This document shows, one piece after another, positions 29,253 to 37,699 of a stretch of 64,000 nucleotides of DNA. Below the pieces are notes generated by a model. It worked only from the letters and a program-made list of their open reading frames with translations, was not told where the DNA came from and did not search any database. How positions within the stretch are numbered: the first letter of the stretch is position 1; each line of letters opens with the position of its first letter. Both the position numbers and the translations under genes were made by a program. Source of the DNA: a virus (Duplodnaviria > Caudoviricetes); the IMG/VR virus record IMGVR_UViG_3300028048_000040, positions 96,001 through 160,000 of that record; one strand, given 5' to 3'.

Positions 29253-29328
29253 TTACCTTTCCTTTCTCTAGATAGGTCAATCTATCTAGGTATTTCTTCT
29301 ATATCTCTCATAGATATAATATACAAAT

Positions 29329-29403
29329 AAAAAAGAAAAGGTATACCAGTAGAGGATTATCCTCTACTGGTATTTTAACTGTACCTCTCTCTCACTCACC
29401 CTC
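29329..29403 (-). ncRNA. Candidate ~75-nt small RNA
   Basis: Early motif, purine-rich leader, terminator ATACCAGTAGAGGA-TAA-TCCTCTACTGGTAT plus U-tract; no ORF. Confidence 0.5.
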
Positions 29404-29442
29404 AATAGAATAATATATCTCTATTTTTTAGTTTACTTATAT

Positions 29443-29550
29443 AAAAAATAGATAGGGTGGACAAATCCCTATCTATTTTATAAAGTGGAAGTCTTTAGGG
29501 TAATATAAGAGAAAAATATCGGGAAGTATATTCCTCCCTCAGACTACCTC
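29443..29550 (-). ncRNA. Candidate ~108-nt small RNA
   Basis: Early motif, 5' hairpin, pyrimidine-rich linker, terminator AAATAGATAGGG...CCCTATCTATTTTTT; no ATG. Confidence 0.55.
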
Positions 29551-29683
29551 AATAGAATAGTATATAACTGAAATTTTGAACACTCTTCAAAAATATCATT
29601 TTATCTATTCCTTCCTCAGACTCATACTCATAGGAATGGTATATAACTAAAAAATTTTTTACTTTGCAAAAACTAGGTAGATC

Positions 29684-29694
29684 ACATTAGAATA
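29684..29694 (+). promoter_or_regulatory. Late-type motif upstream of the RNAP gene
   Basis: ACA-TTAGAA-TA. Confidence 0.5.
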
Positions 29695-29724
29695 ATCAGG
29701 AACTATTTAAGGAGGAGAAACTAA

Positions 29725-32700
29725 ATGGCTTTAATGATTGATGAACTTCATCCTCTGAAGTTATACTCTGGTAATTATTTCTATAATATCCAGAAAGAAG
29801 ATAGAAAGAAAGGATCATTAGTGTATCTAATGACTCCTAATAAACAATCTTCTATCAATGTAATAAATCATAAGTTAGGAAAGAGAAATCTTATTCTATT
29901 CCAATCTTATTTCTTAGATAGAAATATAGATTTCATTATAAATGGTAATCTAAGTGAAAGTAAGACTTACAATATCAATGATGAAGAAGTTATACCAGAA
30001 ATAGGTATAACTGAATCTCTTATGATAGATAATAGAGATGAGATATCCTTAACAGAGAATGCTCTTATATATAATGGAGAAGATTATAAAGAAAGAATAT
30101 TATTTCCAGATGATGTAGATGATATATTATCTGAAGCATCTCAGTATAAGACTAAATATGGTTCTTATAATCTTACTGCTATATTTAAGAATATGCTATA
30201 TAAGCATAGACTTAAAACAAATAAGGATGTACTAAAAATCTATGATGAAATTAAAAAATCTTGTGATCTTATAAAATTTACTTATGTAGATCCAAGATTA
30301 TATAAAGGAAGAAATCTATTCTATGATTGGTCTTATTATACAGAGATATTCTTCAAAGAGAATTCTAAGTTCCAACAAGAAAGAGGATTAGATGTATTCT
30401 TCAGTTTTATGGATAGATTTATAACTGATAGAAGATTCCCAGATTATAATATTAAGACTATAGTTATACCAGTAAATGATTGGTGTAGAGGATTAGAAGA
30501 TCCATATGATTTTAAGAAGAATATAAATCCAATCTCTCTATTCTTTAGAAGATTTAGAATGAACTTTACTCAATTTGATAATTGGAATAACCATAATATT
30601 CTCTTCTTAGGAACTAATGGATTCTTTACTATGAAATTAGATTCCTTTGATCCTAATAAGAATCTTTCTAGATTTAAGATGTGTTGTGATAAGCTTATTA
30701 GGGAAGATTATAGCGATGCGGAGGTTATTGATACTGATTCTAAGACTATGATGATGAGCTTTATTGCAGATAGATTAGCTCAAGGTGGTATAGAATTAGA
30801 CAATATATCTGGTGCTACTAAGCATTTCTCTAGAGAAGAGATTAAAGATATGGGAACAATGAAGAATCCTACTCTAGAGAAAGATAAGTCTATTAAGAAA
30901 GCTATCTTAGTACAGAAACTAGAAAAGATAGTAAATCAATCTAAAGATGCTAATGAAGTTCTTAAAAGATTTGAAGATAATGATGATAGTGAAGAGAATG
31001 AGCAATTAAAAGAACTATTGTTAGATATCCAATCTGATGATGGTGTTAAGATGAATCAGGCTAGAACTGATAGAATGCAGTTGACTAGAAAAGAGTTACT
31101 AAAGAAACAGATCAATGGCAAATCTGTAGCAGATCTTATGGATCAATTCTCTAAGAATTATGATCTTAAAGAAGCAGGAGTAGAGATAGATTCTATTGAT
31201 GAAACTTGGAAACATCTTAAGTTCCCCTCTTTCTATTCTTCTTACACTAAAGAAGATATGGAAGCAGATATAGTTGCTGTATTTAAACACTATACAACTG
31301 TAACCCATCCAATGAATATCTTAGATATCAATGTAGAGAATACTTCTACTGCTGAAGATTATGTAAATACTTGGACTGTTAAGTATGAAGATGCTGAAAC
31401 AGGCAAAAGATATACAATGGTAGTAGATATGCCTAGATTGATTGATAATCGTTTCATGATGTTAAGAGGTAATGAGAAAGTATTGATTTCTCAGTTTATG
31501 CTTATGCCTATTATCAAAACATCTGAAACTGAATGTCAGATGGTATCTAACTACAACAAGATATTCATCAGAAGAAAATCACCAACAGGTAATGGTAAAT
31601 CTACAGTTATCATTAATAAGCTTATGAGAGCTTTACTAAAGTACGATGGCAAAGATTTCAAAGTAAATACTGGTGATAATAGAAAAGTAGCATCTAGATA
31701 TGAATTACCAATAGACTTCATTGATATGACTACCACATTTGATTCCATTCAATTTAAAGATGGTTCTTATATTTCTTTCAATATGAAAACTCTATCAGAG
31801 ATTCCTATAGATAAGAAATTCTTAACTAAGGATGATGCTAAACTTACTGAAGAAGAATTGAATAGAAAGTATTTAGCAATCTATGTAAATAAAGATGGTA
31901 AGAGAGAGCCTATCTTTAATGATGGTTGTGATAAGTTTATTTTAGATAAGATAGAAGAATATGATACTTCTAAGAGATTCAAAGAGCTATATGATGTATC
32001 TTCTGTATCTAAGAAACTTATGTATGCTGAAGCATCTATCTTAGGTATCAAAATACCAGTAATAGTATTGCTTTCTTATAATATAGGCTTACAGAAAGTA
32101 TTATCTCGTCATAATATCAAATATGAATTTACTGAGAAAAGACCATCTAAAGATCAATTCTATATCAAATTCTCTGATGGATATCTAGTATATGAACCTA
32201 AATCTGAAGCAGATAATTTATTAGTAAATGGATTAATGCAATTTGATACATCTGAATATTCTATATCTGATATCAATTCTAAAGACATGTGGATTCCAGT
32301 ATTAGATGAATTTGGTGGTAGAGTTAAAGCAGATGGTTTAGATAACTTCTATGATCTCTTTATGGATCCAATTACTACAGAAATTTGTAGACTTACTAAT
32401 CTACCAACTGATTATGTAGGTGCTATGCTGTATGCTAATGATCTATTGATAGATAATAAGTTCAATCGTCATACTGATATTACTGGTAATAGATTAAGAA
32501 CTAATGAGATTATAGTAGGTCACTTATATCTAGTAACTTCTAGAGCATTTGGTGATTATAGAAAGACTATAAAGAAGAATCCTAACTTAGCTCAGTTTAC
32601 AGTAAAGAAATCTGCTGTAATCGATTCTATCTTAACTCACGATCAGACCTCTTCTGACTTATCTACATTAACACCACTTCTAGAATCTGAATCTGGTGGT

Positions 32701-34197
32701 AAAGTAACATTCAAAGGTCTATCAGGTATGAACTCAGAGAGAGCATTCTCTGTAGATAAGAGAACCTATGATAAGTCTATGCTAGGTATAGTAGGTATTT
32801 CTACTGGTTTTGCTACAACTGTAGGTGTTAATAGACAGCTTACTATAGATGCCAATATTAGAAATAAGAGAGGATTTGTTGGTAATACAGAAGCAAAGAA
32901 TCTAAATAGTACTAATGGTTTCTCTATGTTTGAAGCATTATCTCCAATGGCTATTAATCATGATGACCCATTCCGTACAGCAATGGCATATACACAAACT
33001 GGTCAACACCAAATGACTACTAGAAAATCTATGCCTAACTTGGTAACCACTGGAGCAGATCAAGCTATCGCTTATCTCACTTCTAATAAATTTGCTTATA
33101 AGTTTAGAGGTAATAGAGGAGTAGTCAAAGAGATCAATGATCAATATATGATTATTGAAGATCAAGATACTAAAGAATGTGAATTTGTTGATCTTAGAGA
33201 AACTATTAGAAAGAATTCTGATGGTGGTTTCTATCTTACTACTAAACTTACAGCTACAGAAGGATTGAAGAAAGGATCTAAACTAAAACAAAATGAAATT
33301 GTTGCATATGATAGGAAGAACTATTCTAAGTCTGTTGGTACTACTGGAGATCCTCACGATATTTCTTATAATATTGGAACTCTTGCTAAAGTAGCTATAA
33401 TGAATACAGATATGGCATTCGAAGACTCTTGTGTAGTAGATGAATATGTATCTGATGCATTGACTACAAATCTATGCTATATGAAAGATATCAATCTAAA
33501 TAAACTCTCAAACGTATATAATCTAGTAAAACCTGGAGATAAAGTAGAAGCAGATGATAGCTTATTAGTATTCCAGGATTCATTTGATGAAGAAGAAGCA
33601 AATGAACTATTAAGAAATATCTCTATGGATCAAGAATTCATTTCAGATATTGGTAGAAAACATATCAGATCTAAAACATCTGGTGTAGTACAAGATGTAA
33701 AGATATATAGAACTTGTGAAATATCTGAACTCTCTCCAACATTACAAAAAATATGTAAAGAACATGATGCCAGAATCAATAAACTCAAGAAAGCTATGAG
33801 AGATAATAAGATAGAAAGGGAATATACTCTAGAACCTACTAAGAAATTAGAGCAAACTGGTAAACTAAAAGGTTTAGAAGGTGTAAGAATAGAGATCTAT
33901 GTAAAAGCAGTAGATAAGTTTGGTATCGGTGATAAACTTGTATTCTATCAAGCTTTAAAAGGTGTATGTTCTTATACTATTCCTAAAGAAGTATCTGGAT
34001 ATACGGATTATAGACCTAATGAAAAAGTAGGAGCTTATCTATCTCAGATTGGTACATTCAAACGTATGGTTCCTTCTTGCTATCTATTAGGATTTACTAA
34101 TAAACTATTAGTAGAACTTACTAGACAATGCCAAGAAGAACTGGGAATCAAATGGAGACCAATACAAGAAATAATGGAAGATGAACCAGAAGAATAA
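29725..34197 (+). CDS. Phage multisubunit RNA polymerase beta-like subunit with long N-terminal extension
   Basis: RpoB-like motifs 'GNEKVLISQ', 'HDDPFRTAMAYTQTGQ', 'AFEDSCVV', 'GDKL....KGV', 'KRMVPS'; ends before the RpoB C-terminal GGQRFGEME region. Confidence 0.92.
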   Translation: MALMIDELHPLKLYSGNYFYNIQKEDRKKGSLVYLMTPNKQSSINVINHKLGKRNLILFQSYFLDRNIDFIINGNLSESKTYNINDEEVIPEIGITESLMIDNRDEISLTENALIYNGEDYKERILFPDDVDDILSEASQYKTKYGSYNLTAIFKNMLYKHRLKTNKDVLKIYDEIKKSCDLIKFTYVDPRLYKGRNLFYDWSYYTEIFFKENSKFQQERGLDVFFSFMDRFITDRRFPDYNIKTIVIPVNDWCRGLEDPYDFKKNINPISLFFRRFRMNFTQFDNWNNHNILFLGTNGFFTMKLDSFDPNKNLSRFKMCCDKLIREDYSDAEVIDTDSKTMMMSFIADRLAQGGIELDNISGATKHFSREEIKDMGTMKNPTLEKDKSIKKAILVQKLEKIVNQSKDANEVLKRFEDNDDSEENEQLKELLLDIQSDDGVKMNQARTDRMQLTRKELLKKQINGKSVADLMDQFSKNYDLKEAGVEIDSIDETWKHLKFPSFYSSYTKEDMEADIVAVFKHYTTVTHPMNILDINVENTSTAEDYVNTWTVKYEDAETGKRYTMVVDMPRLIDNRFMMLRGNEKVLISQFMLMPIIKTSETECQMVSNYNKIFIRRKSPTGNGKSTVIINKLMRALLKYDGKDFKVNTGDNRKVASRYELPIDFIDMTTTFDSIQFKDGSYISFNMKTLSEIPIDKKFLTKDDAKLTEEELNRKYLAIYVNKDGKREPIFNDGCDKFILDKIEEYDTSKRFKELYDVSSVSKKLMYAEASILGIKIPVIVLLSYNIGLQKVLSRHNIKYEFTEKRPSKDQFYIKFSDGYLVYEPKSEADNLLVNGLMQFDTSEYSISDINSKDMWIPVLDEFGGRVKADGLDNFYDLFMDPITTEICRLTNLPTDYVGAMLYANDLLIDNKFNRHTDITGNRLRTNEIIVGHLYLVTSRAFGDYRKTIKKNPNLAQFTVKKSAVIDSILTHDQTSSDLSTLTPLLESESGGKVTFKGLSGMNSERAFSVDKRTYDKSMLGIVGISTGFATTVGVNRQLTIDANIRNKRGFVGNTEAKNLNSTNGFSMFEALSPMAINHDDPFRTAMAYTQTGQHQMTTRKSMPNLVTTGADQAIAYLTSNKFAYKFRGNRGVVKEINDQYMIIEDQDTKECEFVDLRETIRKNSDGGFYLTTKLTATEGLKKGSKLKQNEIVAYDRKNYSKSVGTTGDPHDISYNIGTLAKVAIMNTDMAFEDSCVVDEYVSDALTTNLCYMKDINLNKLSNVYNLVKPGDKVEADDSLLVFQDSFDEEEANELLRNISMDQEFISDIGRKHIRSKTSGVVQDVKIYRTCEISELSPTLQKICKEHDARINKLKKAMRDNKIEREYTLEPTKKLEQTGKLKGLEGVRIEIYVKAVDKFGIGDKLVFYQALKGVCSYTIPKEVSGYTDYRPNEKVGAYLSQIGTFKRMVPSCYLLGFTNKLLVELTRQCQEELGIKWRPIQEIMEDEPEE

Positions 34198-34201
34198 AAA
34201 T

Positions 34202-34231
34202 AAACCAGTAGGGATTTCTCCCTACTGGTTT
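34202..34231. terminator. Bidirectional terminator
   Basis: AAACCAGTAGGGA-TTTC-TCCCTACTGGTTT. Confidence 0.8.
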
Positions 34232-34336
34232 TTAATTTCTTGAAACACGATCTAGTACTTTTCCAAGCAAGTATGATATTCCTATAACCATACACCAGAA
34301 AAGAAATTCACCAATCATCGGATTCGTCGTAGTCAT
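34232..34336 (-). CDS. Single-TM microprotein (~34 aa, start uncertain)
   Basis: MTTTNPMIGEFLFWCMVIGISYLLGKVLDRVSRN, stop abuts terminator. Confidence 0.5.
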   Translation of the reverse strand: MTTTNPMIGEFLFWCMVIGISYLLGKVLDRVSRN

Positions 34337-34430
34337 TGCCATCATCATCACTTTCTCCATAACCAGTAAATAATATAATTGCTATTCCAACCAGCATTAA
34401 AAATCCACCAAATGCAATCATCTCATACAT
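34308..34430 (-). CDS. Single-TM microprotein with acidic tail (40 aa)
   Basis: SD GAGGGA; MYEMIAFGGFLMLVGIAIILFTGYGESDDDGNDYDESDDW. Confidence 0.65.
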   Translation of the reverse strand: MYEMIAFGGFLMLVGIAIILFTGYGESDDDGNDYDESDDW

Positions 34431-34440
34431 ATAAATCCCT

Positions 34441-34572
34441 CTAATCTGTTAAAGATTCTAATATAGCTCCTAAGATCTCAAAGATAGCTTCAAAGAACCC
34501 TATCTTTATTAATAACCAAATCCCCCCTAAACATCCCATTCCGATTAGTCCATATAACCAATATACACTCAT
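34441..34572 (-). CDS. Hydrophobic microprotein (43 aa)
   Basis: SD GAGGTG right after early motif 34583-34598; MSVYWLYGLIGMGCLGGIWLLIKIGFFEAIFEILGAILESLTD. Confidence 0.65.
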   Translation of the reverse strand: MSVYWLYGLIGMGCLGGIWLLIKIGFFEAIFEILGAILESLTD

Positions 34573-34607
34573 ATCCATCACCTCATAGATATAATATATG
34601 GATAAAA

Positions 34608-35486
34608 TTAATTTTCTAATTCAAGAATCCCACCTTGTTTTCTATGAATAGTTCCTTTCTCAGTTTCTATAGTAAACTCATCTTGAAGAGTATCCATTAT
34701 ATTAATTTGAGTGAGATATGCAGGTAATGTATGCATTTGAATCTTATCTACTAAATCTCTTAGTTCTATAGATTCTCCATTATAAGTGCAAGATTTTACT
34801 TCTTCTAATCCATTATCTTTCATAAACTTTTCTACTATATCAAATTCAGTTCTAAGTTTGCCCATCTCTTCTTCTCTTACTGTTAATATATCTCTAACCA
34901 TTATATCTTCAAATTCCTGTTTATGGTCATCTATATTTTTTACCATAAGTTTAGTAAGAGATTGAGATAATATTAAAGCTTGAACTTTTCTTACTTCATC
35001 TTTATCTCTTTTTAATTCTTTTTCTATTTCATCTCTTTTATTCTGATATTCTATATAATTTTCCATTATATCGTCACTTACCTGACGATTTAGAATCTTG
35101 ATCTTCTTATCAGTCATTTTATTGAAATCATGAATAGAATATATCTGACCATCTGCAGTCATGATATAGAATTTTACTTCTATATCATGGTCATACAAAT
35201 TTATTCTCTCATCATCTAGCATATTATATATATCGGCTAAAAAATATCCTCTTACATCAGCTTCTTTAATAGCATCATATGAGCAAAAAGCATTAAATGT
35301 ATAATCTTTTTTATCTTCCCAAGATGGTAAAACTTTAACATGACCATTATTCCAATATTCTATATTTTCATATATAAAGCCTTTAAGTTTTTTAATTATT
35401 CTTGGAGTACCATCACATAAAGAAATAAATACATCATCATCTAGCATTTCCGCATCAGTAATAGCGTAAATATGAATCTTGAGCAT
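34608..35486 (-). CDS. Hypothetical protein with central coiled coil
   Basis: 292 aa, SD AGGAGGAG. Confidence 0.8.
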   Translation of the reverse strand: MLKIHIYAITDAEMLDDDVFISLCDGTPRIIKKLKGFIYENIEYWNNGHVKVLPSWEDKKDYTFNAFCSYDAIKEADVRGYFLADIYNMLDDERINLYDHDIEVKFYIMTADGQIYSIHDFNKMTDKKIKILNRQVSDDIMENYIEYQNKRDEIEKELKRDKDEVRKVQALILSQSLTKLMVKNIDDHKQEFEDIMVRDILTVREEEMGKLRTEFDIVEKFMKDNGLEEVKSCTYNGESIELRDLVDKIQMHTLPAYLTQINIMDTLQDEFTIETEKGTIHRKQGGILELEN

Positions 35487-35588
35487 AATGTTCTCCTCCT
35501 ATATAGCCTGTTTTCTTATCTTAAAGTTTGCCATATAGTGATTGATCACATTTAGATAATGAGAACAACGAAGGAGGTTAATAAGAAA

Positions 35589-37370
35589 ATGCCTATTCTT
35601 AAGAAATATCAGGCTAGTCCATTTTATATAAATATAACTGTCCCTCAAGTTATACCTATTATTATGGGTGCACTTATAATAAAAGGAAATGTTAGACTAG
35701 TTCCACCTCATCAAACATCTTCATATCTTCCTGGAAATGTTACATTAATTCCAGAAGAATTTACACCAGAAGAATTTGATGGTACGGTTACAATTAAACT
35801 AAGTGAATATAAGCCAGGAAGTCCTGATGATATTATAATAGAAGGTAGCTCATTAGCAGGTTCTGTTACTTTTACTAATACTAAAGTTCCAGTACAATCT
35901 AATGACATAGTATGCCATGTAGAACTTGTGGATACATATTATAGAACTAATTTGCTAGATCCTATTGAATTAATAGTTCCGCAAACAACTGATTGGGATT
36001 TCCCAACAGATCCTACTGTAAAAGAGTATGATTCTACTAAATATGGTAGAGCTGATATAAAAGGTTCAGGTACTTTGGTAGCATATGACTATGAAGATCC
36101 TAATAATGATATATCTGGTTCTGGTAGATTGATGTATGAGTGGTATAAGAAATTTGTAATGGTTGGTAAAGTTACTCTTCCAAAAATAGAAGAATCTATG
36201 GATATAGATGCATCTGTAAGTATTCTACCAGAGGATTATGAACAAGATTTAATAGATATAGCAGTAAGAGTTCCTAGATATGATGTAAGTGTATACATTG
36301 ATACTAGGGTTATAGTTCCCAAGTTTAGAGTTCAATATACTATTCCCATAGATATAGAAGTTGTATCAGGATATTGTACATGTTTACCAGTAGATATAGA
36401 TGTAGTTAATGAATGTATTTGGGAATTTGATGGTAACGTATCTCTTCCTAAAATAGATACTGAAGACGATATAGATTCTACTGTTACTCTATTACCAGAA
36501 GCATATGAGGATATAGATTGTCATGCTAAATTAAATATATTAGCTACATATAGAGAGTTTGATTGCTCTGGATTCTTGATTGGTAGAGTTATAGATGAAT
36601 TTGGTATAGAAATAACTACAGAAGAATATGAAGATCCTATATATGATTTCAGTGAAGATATTATGGATTGTGTAGTACACTTTGGTGGTAAATCTCTATT
36701 TGATTTTGATATAACTGTTAAAACTGAAGCTATTCCTTTATTTGATTTTAAAGAAGATCTTATTGAAGGTATGGTTCATTTAAGAGATTATAAGAGAATT
36801 GGTATTGTTGTAGATCCTAGATGGAACTATGATGCTTATGTATTCAAATCTTCTCTATTAACTCTATTTGATAAATACTATGATAAGACTGTATTAGATA
36901 TAGTTTATGGTGGTAATCCTAGATCAGATTGGGATATAGAACATCTTGGATATGTATTCCATAATAAGCTTACTAAAGTTCCTATTATATTTGATCCTAT
37001 TCATCCAGATCACACTAAGAGAACTATAGAGCATTATATCTATCATCTATCTGATACTCCTATAGATGTACCTATAACAAAAGTATTCTTATTTACAGAT
37101 AGACCAGATTATATTGCTTCCAATCCATTATCTCTAATTACTCAGTTCTGTAAAGATAACTATATAGACTTTGCTATTATTACATCTAGTGGAGAGTTTA
37201 TAGATTATCATGATAATCAAGCTTTCTCTACTACAACTAATCCATTAAGAACTGAACCTCATTCAGTAATGGGTCCATTATCAGTAATGCCTATGGATCA
37301 TTTTAATAAAGTTGCTGAACCTAGTGATCCTAAACACCCATATTATCATCCTACTAAGATTATATATTAA
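35589..37370 (+). CDS. Probable structural protein: beta-repeat stalk plus C-terminal alpha/beta domain
   Basis: Start moved to MPILKK after SD AAGGAGGT; ACA-N6-TA at 35548-35558; D-I/F-x-x-x-V-x-L/V repeats like those in 315..5051. Confidence 0.6.
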   Translation: MPILKKYQASPFYINITVPQVIPIIMGALIIKGNVRLVPPHQTSSYLPGNVTLIPEEFTPEEFDGTVTIKLSEYKPGSPDDIIIEGSSLAGSVTFTNTKVPVQSNDIVCHVELVDTYYRTNLLDPIELIVPQTTDWDFPTDPTVKEYDSTKYGRADIKGSGTLVAYDYEDPNNDISGSGRLMYEWYKKFVMVGKVTLPKIEESMDIDASVSILPEDYEQDLIDIAVRVPRYDVSVYIDTRVIVPKFRVQYTIPIDIEVVSGYCTCLPVDIDVVNECIWEFDGNVSLPKIDTEDDIDSTVTLLPEAYEDIDCHAKLNILATYREFDCSGFLIGRVIDEFGIEITTEEYEDPIYDFSEDIMDCVVHFGGKSLFDFDITVKTEAIPLFDFKEDLIEGMVHLRDYKRIGIVVDPRWNYDAYVFKSSLLTLFDKYYDKTVLDIVYGGNPRSDWDIEHLGYVFHNKLTKVPIIFDPIHPDHTKRTIEHYIYHLSDTPIDVPITKVFLFTDRPDYIASNPLSLITQFCKDNYIDFAIITSSGEFIDYHDNQAFSTTTNPLRTEPHSVMGPLSVMPMDHFNKVAEPSDPKHPYYHPTKIIY

Positions 37371-37375
37371 ATAAC

Positions 37376-37408
37376 TAGGAGAGCTCATATGAGCTCTCCT
37401 ATATTTTT
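37376..37408 (+). terminator. Palindromic terminator (AGCTCATATGAGCT family)
   Basis: TAGGAGAGCTCAT/ATGAGCTCTCCTA plus T-tract. Confidence 0.75.
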
Positions 37409-37445
37409 GTAATTATTAAAAATTTTAAGCATATATTATATCAGT

Positions 37446-37638
37446 GAAAGAACTAAGGACTATAGGAGACAAATCCGGTCCAGGCTCGGAAAGTGCAGCA
37501 TACCCACGCTGAGGTGGTAGCCTTTGACCACAAAAAGGGAGATAGCACTTGCGTGCTAGAAAGGGGTGAGTCCATTGAACAATTTAATTTAGTAATTTAA
37601 AGAAAAGAAGGTGTAGTCGAGCCTTCCTTTCTTTTTTT
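37446..37638 (+). ncRNA. Candidate GC-rich structured RNA (~190 nt)
   Basis: Early motif 37432-37447, ~51% GC core (hand count), several hairpins, terminator 37599-37638, no ATG-started ORF. Confidence 0.7.
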
Positions 37639-37699
37639 ATTTTATTCTTCAAAAGACAATAGAATAGCATTTATTCTATTTATAAGGAGAGGATTCAAT

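Larger units (their letters stand above)
28942..29643 (-). promoter_or_regulatory. Five tandem early-type promoters (28942-28957, 29308-29323, 29402-29417, 29549-29564, 29628-29643)
   Basis: Each TATAY(T/C)AT-N5-TGAG with an upstream A/T tract. Confidence 0.75.

Noticed and set aside
29725-34197. Intein or intron in the RNAP gene; host rpoB contamination
   Set aside because: Continuous ORF without recognisable splice motifs; highly divergent from bacterial RpoB and not in an rplL-rpoB-rpoC context.
37446-37638. Riboswitch controlling thyX, or a tRNA
   Set aside because: No THF, ZTP or c-di-GMP consensus recognised, no TpsiC/cloverleaf, and thyX has its own promoter motif after the terminator.
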